The notes beneath the pieces are model-generated. The model did not search any database. It was not told the DNA's origin and saw nothing but the letters and a program-made list of their open reading frames with translations. From Scyliorhinus canicula (taxonomy: Eukaryota), in assembly GCF_902713615.1 (NCBI RefSeq), contig NC_052156.1, forward strand, positions 140,720,404 through 140,784,403: a stretch of DNA of 64,000 nt, read 5' to 3'. The translations under genes were made by a program, and so were the position numbers. Positions 47,705-62,232 of this stretch are shown piece after piece. Every line of letters starts with the position of its first letter. Position 1 is the stretch's first letter.

Positions 47705-48256
47705 TGCACACCTTGTGTTGACAAAATGTTTTCTGTGGACAGGAATCTATAATTGGCCTGGAGCATTCTGTGGCCTACATAATGTCACACATTTGGCTAA
47801 GACTGCATTGTTGACATTGGATCACATAATCCATGACATTTTCTTCAGGAGTAAATTACATTTCTGAGAAATATTCATTTAAAATCATTTTCTTACCCAA
47901 ACCTCTCTCTCCTCTCTCTTTTGTTACACAAGTCTCATATTGGGTGCACTGTTCAAACCCTATAATTTCCTCATCCAGCATCCATGCACATGATTTTTTC
48001 AACAGAATTATTGATTATTAATCAGGGATGGAAAAAGGACAGATTTTGTGCTTCACATGCCAGAAGTACTGAATAATGCATCACTACCCCAGCAAGCTTG
48101 ATACAAACAAGGGATCAAACTTAAGAGCTTCCATCCAGATTAGATTTGCACTTTATAGCCACAAGGGTAAAAGTCAAAGCTCATAAAAACATAAATAATA
48201 CCATAAAGATGAGGTTTACAATTGTTTTAAAAGAACTGGAAAATAAAATTAACTAC

Positions 48257-48365
48257 CTGAGATAATGGGGGTTCATGCAGATCTAACTGCAATCTTTGCA
48301 CCACCTCTAGAAAGTCTTCTGAATGAAAACAAATCACATCTTTGGTTATACGGGGTTGATCAGAC
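48257..48365 (-). CDS. RSBN1L: RSBN1L internal exon (109 bp)
   Basis: ag|[36 protein letters not shown]|gt; phases match both neighbouring exons. Confidence 0.93.
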
Positions 48366-50337
48366 CTAAGAAAAAGGGAAAATTAACTGGAATTAATTTA
48401 GAAAACAATCTGTATGTAGGCAATTGTTAATTTCATTAGGTACTAAAAAGTGGTTGAATGTCAGTTCATGCCTGTGCTTCTTCATATGGTGAGGGCATGA
48501 CATCAGCTGTTGCTGTTGTAAGTGAAATTCACACAGTAAAGAATGGAAGTTCAGAGTACACACAGACATTTTTCAGATTAAATGGTTATTGGGCGCAACA
48601 CATCTAGATATCAATCCCACAATCTCAACATATCCTTCAAGTTCTCTCCAAAAATACATCAAACTGTTGCTTGCACCCATCTATATTCTACTTCAAAATC
48701 ATTTCATGGTCACTTATTCCACTAGTCAATTGCCAATTTAATGAAAACGTCCTGCCTGCCATCCCTTCTCATTCCCAAGTGTCTTGTTTTTACTCATGTC
48801 CATGGTCACTCTGGACCATTCTGGTACAACATAACCAGGCAGATTTATAATTTTCTCAGGGCCAGAATTGCTTACCTAACCTCTTGGCCGGGAGGTGGTA
48901 CAAGGGGCACTGGAAAAATAGGTTTAAAAGGGAAGCGAGGAAAATAGTCTGCATTGAATACAAGAACTGAAAAGTGAAATGAAATTCTACTGTTTCAACT
49001 TTTTCCGTTCAACTGAACATGCATGATATGTAGTGTTGTTACCCTGTCAAATTAACTCCCCTAAGGGCTAGGAGTAACCACATATACAGCCTCCGTACTT
49101 TCTTATTCCTGATCTTCTATAAATAATCACGAAAAACTGTGCGGTCTTTCTTTAATTAATTTACTGCCTGGCTGCATTCTACAGATGATGCTCCTAAGAT
49201 TTGAACAAGACAGGGCTCAGTGGGCTACAATAAAAAAAAAATCTATATCTATAGTTATAACAATTAACTCAGCTTAATGTTTCTTCCTCAGTGTCCTTTT
49301 TAAACTCACAAATTATTTGAATCATACCCACTTTAATATGTTTTTCTTTAATTGTTTTGAGTTTCAACGTTTAGGAATGCATCATCACACCAGATGTCAA
49401 GAGCAGATACTATTATTCCAATTATCATCTTTCGCTACTGAATATCAGAAATGTAATTTGACAAGAATCAGCTATAAGCCCCCCTTTTTAAATATAAAGC
49501 CAGCAAATTACACATTGAGAATTGCTTTATATACTAGATCATATCAGCCTAATCTCCTGCCAATGCTCATGCAGTTTGAATACATGTCAATTCACTTCTT
49601 CTTTCATAACCACAGCACCGTTATTGTACCTGCTACTTAGGCATGCTGTTTCATCAAACTCTTCCTGCCCCTGGACATGTTTACACAGGAACATCTCTCA
49701 ATTTATCTGTGTGGATTAGAGTGCAAAATCCAATTTTAAGCATAAAGCAAAAGACTGTCAAGTGCATATTATATTTCTCCAACACATTTCTTCAATTAGC
49801 CCAGGGATATGGAGGCTAACTGAAACATCATGCCACTCAATTTAGATCGGGGTTCCCTGTTTTTATGTCTCAGTATTATCCTCAAGTACATTTACCCACT
49901 GAAGCAACCCCTTTCTTTTCCATTGATTCTCCCATCACAAAAAAGCTACCCAAATCACTAATTGTTGTATGTGAACATAATTGGAAGAATACTTTTAAAG
50001 ACCACTTTGTTGCACTTTTCCCACCTGAGAACAGCAAAAAGAAACCATACGACTGTAGTCTCACAAAAGTAGTTATTGTAAAGTTTAGGGATATGGAGCT
50101 TAAGATTCAATGACTAAACAAAGAGAAGTTGCGCAACAATACAACTAGGTTTATAGTTGTTCAGGAAGCCATTAGATTGCTTTCATTTCATCCTATCCAA
50201 AGTGTTATAAAAGGGAAATATCAGAAATGATTAGCAACAACAGGTAAACCGTTTAATCTATATATCTATTCCTTGGAGGCTGAATTTTAATGCGTACTAA
50301 AATGCTATTCATTCAATTAAATTAAATTTTCAGAGGC

Positions 50338-51485
50338 TTTGAGAGTGCAGATGGAGGCAGGTTCTTGTAAAGAGTCAGGGTTACGGGCGCTGGCAATGGC
50401 GCCACTATTGTTTGCCCCAGGGAAGTACTCAAGTAGTCCTGTGGTGGTAGCTACACTGAAGATTCGGAAGCAATTCCGACAGCATTTTAAGTTGAGGGCA
50501 GGCTCCAGGGTGACGTCTGTTAGAGGGTTTCAGCTAGGGAGGGCGGATGTGAGGTTCCGGGGTTGGGAGGAGAGAGTGGTGATGAGATGAAGGATCTATT
50601 TTTGGAGGGATGGTTTGCAAGCTTAGAGGAGTTGGGGTGAAGTTTGGGCTCCTGCAGGAGGGCGGCTTCAGGTACATGCAGGCGTGGAGCTTCACAAAAA
50701 AGGTCTTCCCGAACTTTCCGGTGGCACTGTCCACCTTGTTGCTGGAGGAGGTGCTGTCGGTGTGGGGGCTGGAGGGTGTGGTCGTTTCTGCGACTTACGG
50801 TTGGATCATGGAGGTGGATAAGGTGTCCTTGGAAGGGATTAAAGCCAAGTGGGAGGACAGTGTTGGTTGGAGGAGGGATTATGGTGCAAAATGCTGCAAA
50901 GGGTCAATGGCTCAACCTCGTGCGCAACGCTGGGGTTGATTCAATTGAAAATGGTGTACAGGGCGCACTTAACAAAGGCGAGGATGAGCTGGCTGTTTGA
51001 GGGAGTGGAGGATAGCTGCGAGTAGTGTGGGACGGGTCCAGCCAATCATGTCCATATGTTCTGGTCGTGCCCAAAGTCGGAAAGATTTGGGGGTCAATTT
51101 CAGCATCATGTCAGAGGTCCTACACGCGGATTTAGAGCTGGGTCCCTTGGAGGCCATATGTGAGGTTGCACACGGGTGTCTTGGCCTTCGCCTTATTGAT
51201 CGTTCACAGGTGGGTCCTGTCGGGGTGGATCTGCCCTGTGCCTCGGTGTAGCCGGGGGATTCTAATGGAGTTCCTGTATTTGGAGAAGGTGAAATTTGCT
51301 CTGAGAGGGACAGATGAGGGGTTCCACAAGAGTTGGGGCTTGTTCATCTTACAATTTGGGGATCTGGTTGCCATCAAGGGGTGAGGGGGTAGTTCGGCAG
51401 TGGGGGAGCACGGTGTTGGAGTTGTGTTTATTTGTTCTGAAAAGGTTAAAACATTGAAAATTTGAATTAAAATATTTTTTAAAAT
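50338..51485 (+). mobile_element. Degraded L1/Tx1 3' fragment
   Basis: YSSSPVVVATLKI...QFRQHF; LEKVKFALRG; A-rich tail. Older relative of the L1 at 31535. Confidence 0.85.
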
Positions 51486-51710
51486 TACATTTTCAGATCA
51501 CAAGTAACTTCACTACTGGTTTTCCCATCTTTAAAGTTCTAACATTTGCATGCCAAATTTAAAAATTATTTGGAGTAACATTAGGTGGACAGAAAAAACA
51601 GTAGTTCTGCATTTTGGTTAAAACAATGACGAAAGACACTACATTTTTCTTTAACATTTAATAATTAACAGCAATCAAAACAACCAGTCAGAAGTGTCTA
51701 GTTCACATAC

Positions 51711-51878
51711 CAATCCCCACACTGTACAGCTTTCAACACTCCAACAGCTGCTGTAGTCTGACGCTCAAATCCCTGTCCAATATGATCAGCATGGGCTCGA
51801 GTCCTATCCTCAAACAGCATTTCACGTGGCTCACTTGCACGAGGTAGATACTGTAAATTTTTTATTTCATTGGTAGTT
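51711..51878 (-). CDS. RSBN1L: RSBN1L internal exon (168 bp)
   Basis: ag|TTNEIKNLQYLPRASEPREMLFEDRTRAHADHIGQGFERQTTAAVGVLKAVQCGD|gt. Confidence 0.93.
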
Positions 51879-52589
51879 CTAAAAGAAATGGATGAGAGTA
51901 AATACTAATTTTCTATCTTTTATGTCTATCCTGTTAAAAGATCGGTAAATTGGAAAGAAGCTGATTATATTCGAACATTAAGGGGAGGGAAGCAGGGGAG
52001 GAAAGAGAAGCATGTACAATCTGTTAGCACGGTTGCACCTTCATTTATTAATGCGATAAGAGAATAAATATATAAATAAATTAGTGTTGAATCCAAAGCA
52101 CAGTACAAAGCAAAAGCTGGTCATTCGAATTGTATGCATTATATTTCTTCCCCCACCCAACCCCCCTCACTCCTCCACAGCTGTACAAATGTATGTTATC
52201 TATACTTATGCATTAACCACACTAATCTATTTGAACCCCATTTACCACTCCTCTCCTCTTTCCAATAGATGTTTGCATTAATACAAATCAACTGTAGTTG
52301 CAAATAGCCAATTTAAAGCAATTTAAAATAGTACTGCTTTTGAAAAACAGTTTAAATCCTTTGGTGAATGTAAACAAAATAATGGATTCTCAGCATTAAG
52401 TGCAATTTATATAGGAACATTCTGGGTGCATTAACAATACCAATTACTTGAAGCTAAAATTATGTGATATATTAATCCATGCCCAACAGCGGACAAGAGG
52501 AGTTTCCCATTGAAACAAATATCACACATTGCAGGCCCTTTTAAAATAAAAGTTGTTTCTTTTATTCAGAGATTTTTTTTACTGCATTT

Positions 52590-53265
52590 GATGACCATTG
52601 GACACAAGCCAGGACAATGAATGGCCTTACGTAAATTGGTCAACTATGATGTGGTTATCAGGAGATGGAGTTTGACTGATGGACATACCATCTGATTGAT
52701 GGTAGCTGGGAGGACATGATCACAATTTGCATAAACAACATGGATTGCAGAGTCTACAAAGCCTTGCAGTGCCAATGAGAACTGATAAGGATATATACTT
52801 TCCAGACTCAAAGGCTTGACCAGTGCCAGAAATCTGGCTTAAAAGAACACTGCTTCCAAGATTCGGTGCTGCAGTCGAAATGGAATAGTCAACCACTGGA
52901 CACTATGGAAGTAATGGCCAGGAACAGAGTGATTGACCGTAGGGCCAATCTGGTACGGTTATTTTGCGACTTGGGTGATAAATGGACCAAGGGGAATTTT
53001 AGCACATTAGGTTCCTGTTGTGAAATAGACTAATTTGGGGATACCCATTTTGAGGAGCTGTCTTGAACAGACCAATTTGGGGTTAACATTTGTAATATAA
53101 TACGTATAATATGCAAGGAGAGTGGTCTTTCTACCTTTCGTTCAAAAAAACCCTCTCTTTTCAGTAGTTATTTATTTTTACTGCTTTCTTTTTATATTAT
53201 AAATGATAACTGTTGTATCACTATTTTATTTTAATTATTCAATAAAATTGTTTAACACATTACAA
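52590..53265 (+). mobile_element. Possible degraded Tx1-like LINE 3' end
   Basis: SARNL-like motif, T-rich 3' UTR and AATAAA; weak evidence. Confidence 0.25.
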
Positions 53266-54113
53266 TGTTCCGAACAAAAGTGAGATTCCAAAGAGACTCC
53301 ATGCCCGTTTCACCATCTACTGCATAACTAAAACTATTACTTCTTTAACAATTAAAAGATTTTTCTGTAAATAATCTATTATTAAAATTACTGGTTACAG
53401 ACAAACAATGATTAGCCATTAGGAGAGTTCAATAATATTAAAAATGGGCTAGTGGTATATATAGGTCTTGCTGAGCCGAGAGCCTGTATGTAAGTATGGA
53501 ATTAATTAATAACCAGAGATCTATTGTATTGCATCAGTCTCAGTAACACAATAATGACACTTATAATACAGCCTCGGCAGTATATTGCAGTTATGGTGCA
53601 GGAGACAATGACACTACTTATTTCTTCCACCTTGAAGGAACACAAGTTAAACAATTTAAATGTGCTGTGACAGGTTTCAGTATCAATACTGCATAAAGGG
53701 TTTTATTTTTGTATTCTTACTGATACTGGAAATGATGCAGACAACATTAAAATGTGTAAAAATATCAAAACTCTTCATAGATATTTTCTCTCCCAAGTCA
53801 AGTATAGCAGAAATCAATTCATGAATAAATCAATAATAAATATGTAAATACATTCTACATATGCTTACATCAACAAGCAAAAAAAATCTAAAACAAAGTA
53901 GAAACAACATTGATTCTAGCCAAAACCATTGTCAAGCTAAGTTAACTTCAACCATGTGTGTTATTATAATGGAAATGTTCCTTACACTGGTGATTAGATG
54001 GTTACAAAACAAGAATATAACGCATGGAGAAAACAAAATCACTTGTTCCCGTCATCCAATTTCAGACCCCGACACAGTGACAACGTGTGGAAGCAATGTG
54101 ACACAAATACATA

Positions 54114-54570
54114 GGGCGCCACGGTAGCACAATGGTTAGCACTGCTGCCTCACAGTGCCAGAGACTCGGGTTCGATTCCGACCTTGGGTGACTGCCTGTG
54201 TGGAGTTTGTACATTCTTCCCATGTCTGGGTGGGTATCCTCCGGTTTCCTCCCACAGTCCAAATTTGTGCAGGTTAGAGGGAAGCACGGTGCTGTGGTTA
54301 GTGCTGCTGCCTCACGGCGCTGAGGTCCCAGGTGTGATCCCAGCTCTGGATCACTGTCTGTGTGGAGTTTGTGCATTCTCCCCATGTTTGTGTGGGTTTC
54401 GCCTCCACACTCCAAAGATGTGCAGGGTAGGTGAATTGGCCATGCTAAATTGCCCCGAGGTAGGGTTACGGGGCTAGGGTGGGGGATTGGGCCTAGGTGG
54501 GGTGCTCTTTCAGAGGGTCGCGCAGACTCAATAGGCCAAATGGCCTCCTTCCGCACAGTAGGGATTCTAT
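54114..54570 (+). repeat. Tandem (dimeric) V-type SINEs
   Basis: Two consecutive tRNA head + V core units ending in an HE1-like tail. Confidence 0.8.
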
Positions 54571-56334
54571 ATCCACAAGTTTTTGAAACTTTCATGCAGC
54601 TTGGAAGACAATGTACTTATTCAGTGCACAAGAACCTAATATCATCAGTTTGGCAATGACAGCAATATATTTTCAAAGTGAACCACTTCCAAGTCAGCGT
54701 TGATTTCAGTTATTAACAGAATATTAATGGTGAATCCAGTTATTGGATTATTTTCTTCTGGTTCTGAAACACTCTTTCCAATCCTTTAGAGTTTTGTTTT
54801 GTACACAGTGACTCCAGCAGACTGATGTACCTTTAGGATGTGGCGTCAAGAGACATCCCGACAGTCTCCCCCAACATACATAGCATTAACATCATTTCTA
54901 TCCTTATCAACATTTTTGTAGTTCAGCTATGGCAGTGTAAATCAACAGCACATCTCTAAACCAAATTTCAGCAGTTTATATAGCATTTTAGGGTTCACCA
55001 TCACTGAATCATGTTGCAACAATGAAGCAGAAATATTCAAGGGCTCTACTCAGAAAAGACTATGTTGTCTTGGCAATTGACCTCCTGCACTGTAGGGATT
55101 CTATGCTTCTATGGCACTTTCACCGTTCCTCTTTCTTGGAGAGGCAAAATCACAGGGCCTCATACTATAATTTTAAGGTAAAAAAATGATGAGGAAGAAA
55201 GATTTTGAAGCCAAGGTAAAAATTAATGCGATTGAAACACCACATCCAAAGCAATGAAACCAAAGTTGATGATCAATATCCTGAGAAAGTGAACAAAATT
55301 ATACCCCCATTTAAATTACTTTTCTACACTTTAATTGAGATGTATTAATTTCATTATAACTGTTCAGAGGTGTCCATTAACTTAAAAAGTTGCACTGTCA
55401 GAAACTTGCATTGGCTGAACATAATATTTAGTCATTATGAACCAGATATTGCAAACAATATTCAGAAACCAGTGTCGCCAATTTATATTACTGAGGAACA
55501 ACAAACATCTTTTGAACCTGCACAGTAATTATCTTTAGAAGTTTGCATGCTATATTTCAGAAGCCTGGATTTTTTAAATTATAAAGATCCGTCAGCCTTC
55601 TGGTTTGGGAATGATGCATTGTATTCATCTAAGCCCTATAGGGAGACTAGGAACTGTCTGGGAACATAGACCATTTAGTAATTGTATAAACGGTACAAAC
55701 AGTGTTCATGATGTCAACAGCATTGTGGGTGTACTTACACCATATGGACATCAAGTGGCTCAAAACGGCGGCTCACCACAACTGTCTCAAGGATAATTAG
55801 GGATGAGCAATAAACTTTGGCCTAGCCAATAATGCACACATCCCATAAAATAAAGGAAAAAAAACACTGAACAATTCTCACTCTGTACTCAAGCTACAAA
55901 TGATCAAAAATAGTTACTGAATCAAGAGTCAGAATGATCAATTTTATAGTCATTAGAGATTCCTACAAACATATAATTTACTAGTAACATGTACAGAGCC
56001 TGTTAAGACACTATACATATTTTTCAAATGGTAAGATAGATGGGAGCTACATTTCATCGGCATCTGATGAGGTCCAACTACTACACAGCCATTAATTATT
56101 TCTAACTCTCCCAGCTGGCAATGTTGTTGTGAAACATTTCATTGTGGACCTGCTAGATAATTTCCAGCACAGAATATACAGAGCTCACTATTCAACCAAA
56201 ATCCTGACATCTTGGATCACTTGTATTACAACCCAAGAGCATTCCATTGCTTCAACGAGATATGCAGACATTTCTGGGAGTCAGCACTCTCCAACATTTT
56301 GCCTCTCCAAGAAAGAGGAACGGTGAAAGTGCCA

Positions 56335-56646
56335 TAGAAGCATATAATACCTAGAGTGCAGGAGGAGGTCATTTGGCCACCGAGTTGCACCCACCCTTGG
56401 CCTACCCTATTCCCGCAACCCCTCCTAACCTGAACATCTTTGGACACTAAGGGGTAATTTGCATCGCCAATCCACCAATCTGCACATTTTGGACTGTGGG
56501 AGGAAACTGGAGCACCCAGAGGAAACCCATGCAGACATAGGGAGAAAGTGCAAACTCCATACAGATAGTCACCCAAGATTGGAATTGAACCCAGGTCCCT
56601 GGCGCAGTGAGGCAGCAGTGCTAACCACTCTGCCACCATGCTGCCA
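56335..56646 (-). repeat. HE1-like SINE
   Basis: Head, V core and CR1-type tail on the minus strand. Confidence 0.85.
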
Positions 56647-56896
56647 TGATTCAATTTCTTTATCTCATAGTTTTCTAGTGAGATGCCTGGTAAAAGACAT
56701 GTCGTATTCCTAACTTTAAACATGTACTGTATTTAATTAAAAATGGACACTGATGAACTGTTACGATGGTCGTCAAGAGATCAGGTGACCCTTGCAACTA
56801 TCAAAGCTTTGAGTTGAATCATACTAGATGGGGTTCTCCCCTTTGAATGAAAATACCTAGACAACACTCCTTTGTGGAATTTATGCCTACCGTGAT

Positions 56897-57132
56897 TTTT
56901 TTGTTTTGTTTTTTTTTTAATTTAGACTACCCAATTATTTTCCCCAATTAAGGGGCAATTTAGCGTGGCCAATCCACCTAACTGGCACATCTTTGGTTTG
57001 TGGGGATGTAACCCACGCAGACATGGGGAGAATGTGCAAACTCCACATGGACAGTGACCCAGGGCCGGGATTCGAACCCGGATCCTCAGCGCCGTAGGTA
57101 GCAATGCTAACCACTGTGCCACCGTGCTGCCC
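56897..57132 (-). repeat. V-type SINE
   Basis: TSD tgcctaccgt (56884-56893 / 57135-57144). Confidence 0.88.
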
Positions 57133-57550
57133 TTTGCCTACCGTTGTTTAAAGATTACTCCAATGTACAGTCAATGGATTCCTAGACTGTCTACAGGTTT
57201 GCAACGTAACAAAGGAAAGCTGATGAGGTCAGTGTGAAAGAACACATCTCTGTACCTTGTATTGTACCACATGGCTGAAACGGATTGTCTGATGCTGAAA
57301 ACATTTTATCCCAAAATTCAGAAGTGACCTGGATCTAGTCTGCAGAATAACACCAACAAGACAAAAGGTGCAGAGAAAATCTGTGCATCTTTGCTGTTTT
57401 GGTATCATGAGGCTTTTATTAAGTTTTGGATAAAAAAGTTCCCAGATTACAAAGCTCAGAGTTCACTTGGAAAGAAATTGGATCTCCTGATACAATAGCC
57501 ATCAGTGCCTGCCTTCTGAGCCTGAACATTCTTCTCTTTGAAGTAATCCT

Positions 57551-58112
57551 TTTTTTGTTAAATTTTGACTACTGAATTCTTTCCCCCCCCCCAATTAAGG
57601 GGCAATTTAGCACGGCCAATCCACCCTTGTTGGTGGCCCTCAAAAGAGTGGCCAATGCACTTACCCTGCACATCTTTGGGTTGTGCAGATAGGGGACAAT
57701 GTACAAACTCCACATGGACAGTGATCCAGGACTGGGGTCGAACCCAGGCCCTTGGTGCCATGAGGCAGCAGTGCTAACTGGGTGGCACAGTAGCACAGTG
57801 GTTAGAACTGTTGCTTCACAGCGCCAGGGATCAGGGCTTGATTCCAGGCTTGGGTCACTGTTTGTGTGGAGCCTGCATGTTCTTGCTGTGTCTGCGTGGG
57901 TTTCCTCCAGGTGCTCTGGTTTCTTCCCACAGAGTCCCAAAAGACATGCTTGTTAAGTGATTTTGACATTCTGAATTCTCCCTCAGTGTCCCCGAACAGG
58001 CGCCGGAGTGTGGTGACTAGGGGATTTTCCCAGTAACTTCATTGCAGTGTTAATGTAAACCTACTTGTGACACCAATAAAGATTATTATTACCACTGCGC
58101 CATCATCCCGCC
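57551..58112. repeat. Minus-strand SINE with a plus-strand alternative-tail SINE (57780-58090) nested in its head
   Basis: gtgctaac|...|accactgcgcc is continuous across the insertion. Confidence 0.8.
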
Positions 58113-58309
58113 TCCCCTTTGAAGTAACCCTGATATCCAACCCACAGCCATCAGAAAGTACCTGAACTGTATTCAAGAATGGACAAAGCTTCCTACTTCA
58201 GACGACTTGCAAAGACACAGGAACAGTTAACAGTCTTTTGATTTCTACTTGTAGAAGTGCACTGTCTTCTTTAATTGTATCTTTCTTGAGTATACGGTGT
58301 GTGACTCAA

Positions 58310-59880
58310 AGAACAAAAGAAAATTACAGTACAGGAACAGGCTCTTCAGCTCTCCAAGCCTTCACCGACCATGCTGCCCATCTGAACGAAAAAAACCCTC
58401 CCTTCCGGGGACCATATCCTTCTACTCCCATCCTATTCATGTATTTGTCAATACGCCGCTTAAAAGTCATTATCGTATCTGCTTCCAGTGGGTTCCAGGC
58501 TCCCACCCCACCCTCTGTGTAAAAAAACTTGCCTCATGCTTCTTCTTTAAACCTTGCCCCTCGCACCTTAAACCTATGCCCCAAGTAATTCACTATTCCA
58601 CCCTGGGAAAAGCTTCTGACTATCCACTCTATCCATGCTCCTTATAAGCTTGTAGACTTCTATCAGGTCGCCCCTCAACCTTCGTCGTTCCAGTGAGAAC
58701 AAACCAAGTTTCTCCAACCTCTCCCCATCGCTAATGCCCTCCATAGCAGGCAACATCCTGGTAAATCTTTTCTGTACCCTCTCCAAAGCCTCCACATCCT
58801 TCTGGTAGTGTGGCTACCAGAATTGAACACTATATTTCAAGTGCGGTCTAGCTAAGGTTCTATAAAGCTGCAATGATGTGCCAATTTCTAAACTCAATGC
58901 ACAGCCGATGAAGGTAAGCATGCCTTCTTGACTACCTTCTCCACCTGCGTTGCCACTTTCAGTAACCCGTGCACCTGTACAGCCAGATTCCTCTGCCGAT
59001 AAATACTCTTAAGGGTTCGGCAATTTACTGTATATTTCCCATCTGTATTGGACCTTCCAAAATGCATTACCTCACATTTGTCCGGAATAAACTCCATCTG
59101 TCATCTCTCTGCCCAAGTCTCCAACCGGTCAGTCCTCATCGCCATCCACAATTCCACCAACCTTTGTGTTGTCCATAAACTTACTCATCAAACCAGTTAC
59201 CTTGTCCTCCAAATCATTTATATATATATTATAAATGAAGGTCCCAGCACTGATCCCTAAGTAACACCACTAGTTACAGCCCTCCATTCAGAAACGCACC
59301 GTTCCACTGCTACTCTCTGTCTTCTATGACTGAGCCAGTTCTGTGTCCATCTTGCCAGCGCACCTCTGATCCCGTGTGACTTCATCTTATGTACCAGTCT
59401 GCTATGAGGAACCTTGTCAAAGGCCTTACTGAAGTCTATGTAGACAACATCCACTGCCCTACCATCATTAATCATCTTCGTACTTCCTCGCAAAAACTTG
59501 ATCAAGTTAGTGAGACACGACCTCCCCTTCACAAAACCATGCTGGCCTCTCGCTAATACGTCCACTTATTTCCAAGTGGGAGTAAATCCTGTCTCGAAGA
59601 ATCCTCTCCAATAATTTCCCTACCATTGACGCAAGGCTCACCGGCCTGTAATTACCTGGATTATCCTTGCTACCCTTCTTAAACAAAGGAACAACATTAG
59701 CTATTCTCCAATCCTCTGGGACCTCACCTGTAGCCAGTGATTTCCTGCCTTGCCTCTCACAATATTCTGGGGTATGTCCCATCAGGCCCTGGGGAATATC
59801 CCATCAGGCCCTGGGGACTCATCTACCCTAATATTTTTCAAGACCACCAATACTTCCTCTTTTTTTGATCTCAACATCTT
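58310..59880 (-). mobile_element. Degraded CR1
   Basis: PEDWRIANVVPLFKKG, DFSKAFDKVPH, LERVQKRFTRML. Confidence 0.9.
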
Positions 59881-61032
59881 GTGTGCATGTGTGTGAACAA
59901 AGTGATTAAACCTACCAAAGTCTGCTGCTGGTACTTTTAAACTTGATCACATACTAACTGGTGAGGGTTAGGATGGTGGTTAGAAACACACATATTTACC
60001 TGAAAAAATGAACATCATGGATTACGGACAGAGGGAAAGGGAACTGAGGAACTTGGGCAGTCTTTCCTCCCTATCCGTAACACTAACAATACAGACTTAC
60101 AACATGTTCTATTCTGTGATATCAGGCCCTATTGACTCAGTGGCTGTGTCATACTGTTTTATCATGCTCCTGTGAAGCATGTTGGGCTGTGTCATTACGT
60201 AAAAGACATTATAATAGTTGTTGTGGTACGAAGAAAAGATGCTGAATATTCCTTCTCTTTTCTTTCCCAAAGGTGGGTTGGTAGAGTCCATTTTGTTTTC
60301 TATGCAAACTACATATCTCTCCTCCCTTTCCATTATAGTTAAAAGGATAAAAACCATTATAGTTTTTGTTCCATCTGTCTTCTGCCAGCCATCATTACCA
60401 ACACTCCCAGGATTGCCTTGTAATAGGTCCACGTTAGCAACTAGAAATGGAGGGAAAAGGCTGACTAGAACCCTTTTTCCCCTGGACCATTTATTTTTAA
60501 ATAGACTTTAAAGCAGCTGACATTTGGAGTTTTTCTGTCCCTTTACAGTTTCTCTGGGTGCAGCAGTGCCATTCAACATTCTTCAGCAGCACTGACAGGC
60601 TCTCTTGGTGCTGGAATCTTATTCAGAGCCATGGCCGACATGATAGGTTTGAAGGAGAGTCTTGAAGGACAGTCATCGCCAGAACATAGCTACAAAAAGG
60701 AAAATTCATCCCAAGGTGCCCAATGCGTTATTGGGCCATAATTGCTGAGCGAGTGGCAATTGGGTCAGATTGCGACTCTGCTTGAAAGCTCTTACCTGAA
60801 AATGCAGCCAATCTTATATTGCCCGACCTTCTGATTCAGGCCAGGCAAGATCTGGGCAGTGCAGCATGTCTCCAGGGCCTAGCGTTGAGGGCTGTAGATT
60901 CAGAAAGAATGTTCCCGATGCTGGAGGAGTTCAGAATAGGGGTCATATTTTGAGGATAAGGGGTAAACCTTTTAGGATGGAGGTGACGAGAAATGTCTTC
61001 ACCCAGAAAGTGGTGAATCGGTGGAATTCACT

Positions 61033-61268
61033 TTTTTTTTTCTTTTTAAAATAAATTTAGAGTACCCAATTAATTTTTTGCAATTAAGGGGAAATTTAGC
61101 ATGGCCATCCACTACCCAGCACATCTTGGGGTTGTGGGGGCAAAACCCACGCAAACAGGGACAGAATGTGCAAACTCCACACAGACAGTGACCCAGAGCT
61201 GAGATCAAGCCTGGGACCTCGGCACCTTGAAGCAGCAGTGCTAACCACTGGGCCACTGTGCTGCCCTT
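61033..61268 (-). repeat. V-type SINE inside a short CR1 fragment (~60880-61330)
   Basis: TSD aatc(g/t)gtggaattcact (61016-61032 / 61269-61285). Confidence 0.88.
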
Positions 61269-62232
61269 AATCTGTGGAATTCACTGCCACAGAAAGTAGC
61301 TGCGGGTTATGTTCTTGGGGCTAAAGGGATATTTCTACTAGATTCATATATTTCTCATAGTGGTCAGAATCATTAAGTTTTTCGCTACCAATCTCTAATG
61401 CTTAGGATTTTTGCGATGTTGCTTGCTGACCATCTCTCAACGCCTTTCGAACAGCATTTACAGATTAAACTTTATTTTAGATCAAGCAGTATCTTTTATG
61501 TTGCTTTGCATTTTGTATTGACCAATTCCAGCTGTATAATTTTAAAGATCAATGACAAGAAGTGTCCAATACAGAAAATCAACAGTGCATTTTCCATGTT
61601 CAGTTTTGGACAACATCTTAATAAAAAAGTGACAAGTTCAATCTCAAGTGCAAAGAAAATGAATGGTGTGGGAGGATTAGAGATGCTACATAATCTTCAA
61701 AGGAATGAGATAACAAATTATAAGAAATAGAGTAGATAAGGTAAATATACAAAATTACTTCAAAGATATTACAACCGAGGACAAATTTGAATTGGTGAAG
61801 AAAATATATAGGATATTATTAAAAATTTCTTTGTGATAAATATTTAGAGCAATACCTGGCAGGTAAGCAGTCAAAAAGATTCAGATCTCTCAAAATACAA
61901 TTGGGATGTCTAAATGTCAAAGTTAACTCATTAAAATAATAAAATTCAATGGAACAAAGCAGCATTTTCTCTGGTCATAAATGCATTATCAGAATGTGTT
62001 CTACTGTAAAGCAGTTTGGACATTTGCCCCATTAGATCTGTAATATGTATTAGGTTTTCTGTTAATCCAAGCTGGAGGAAAATTGGACATTTGATAATTT
62101 TGTAGGCATACAAGGAGTATACAGCTTGTTCCTGTGCCTAGCAACTGAAGTGCAGATGAGTAGTGGAAGTTTAATTGCTGGGAGCCAATAAAGAAAGTTT
62201 AGCAAACACAATAGACAAGACATTGAACCTAC

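Noticed and set aside
57215-57250. CTGATGA...GAAA hammerhead-like core
   Set aside because: No convincing stem I, II or III pairing.
60109-60511. ~100-aa ORFs in the RSBN1L intron
   Set aside because: No recognisable homology or splice context; the flanking exons join in phase without them.
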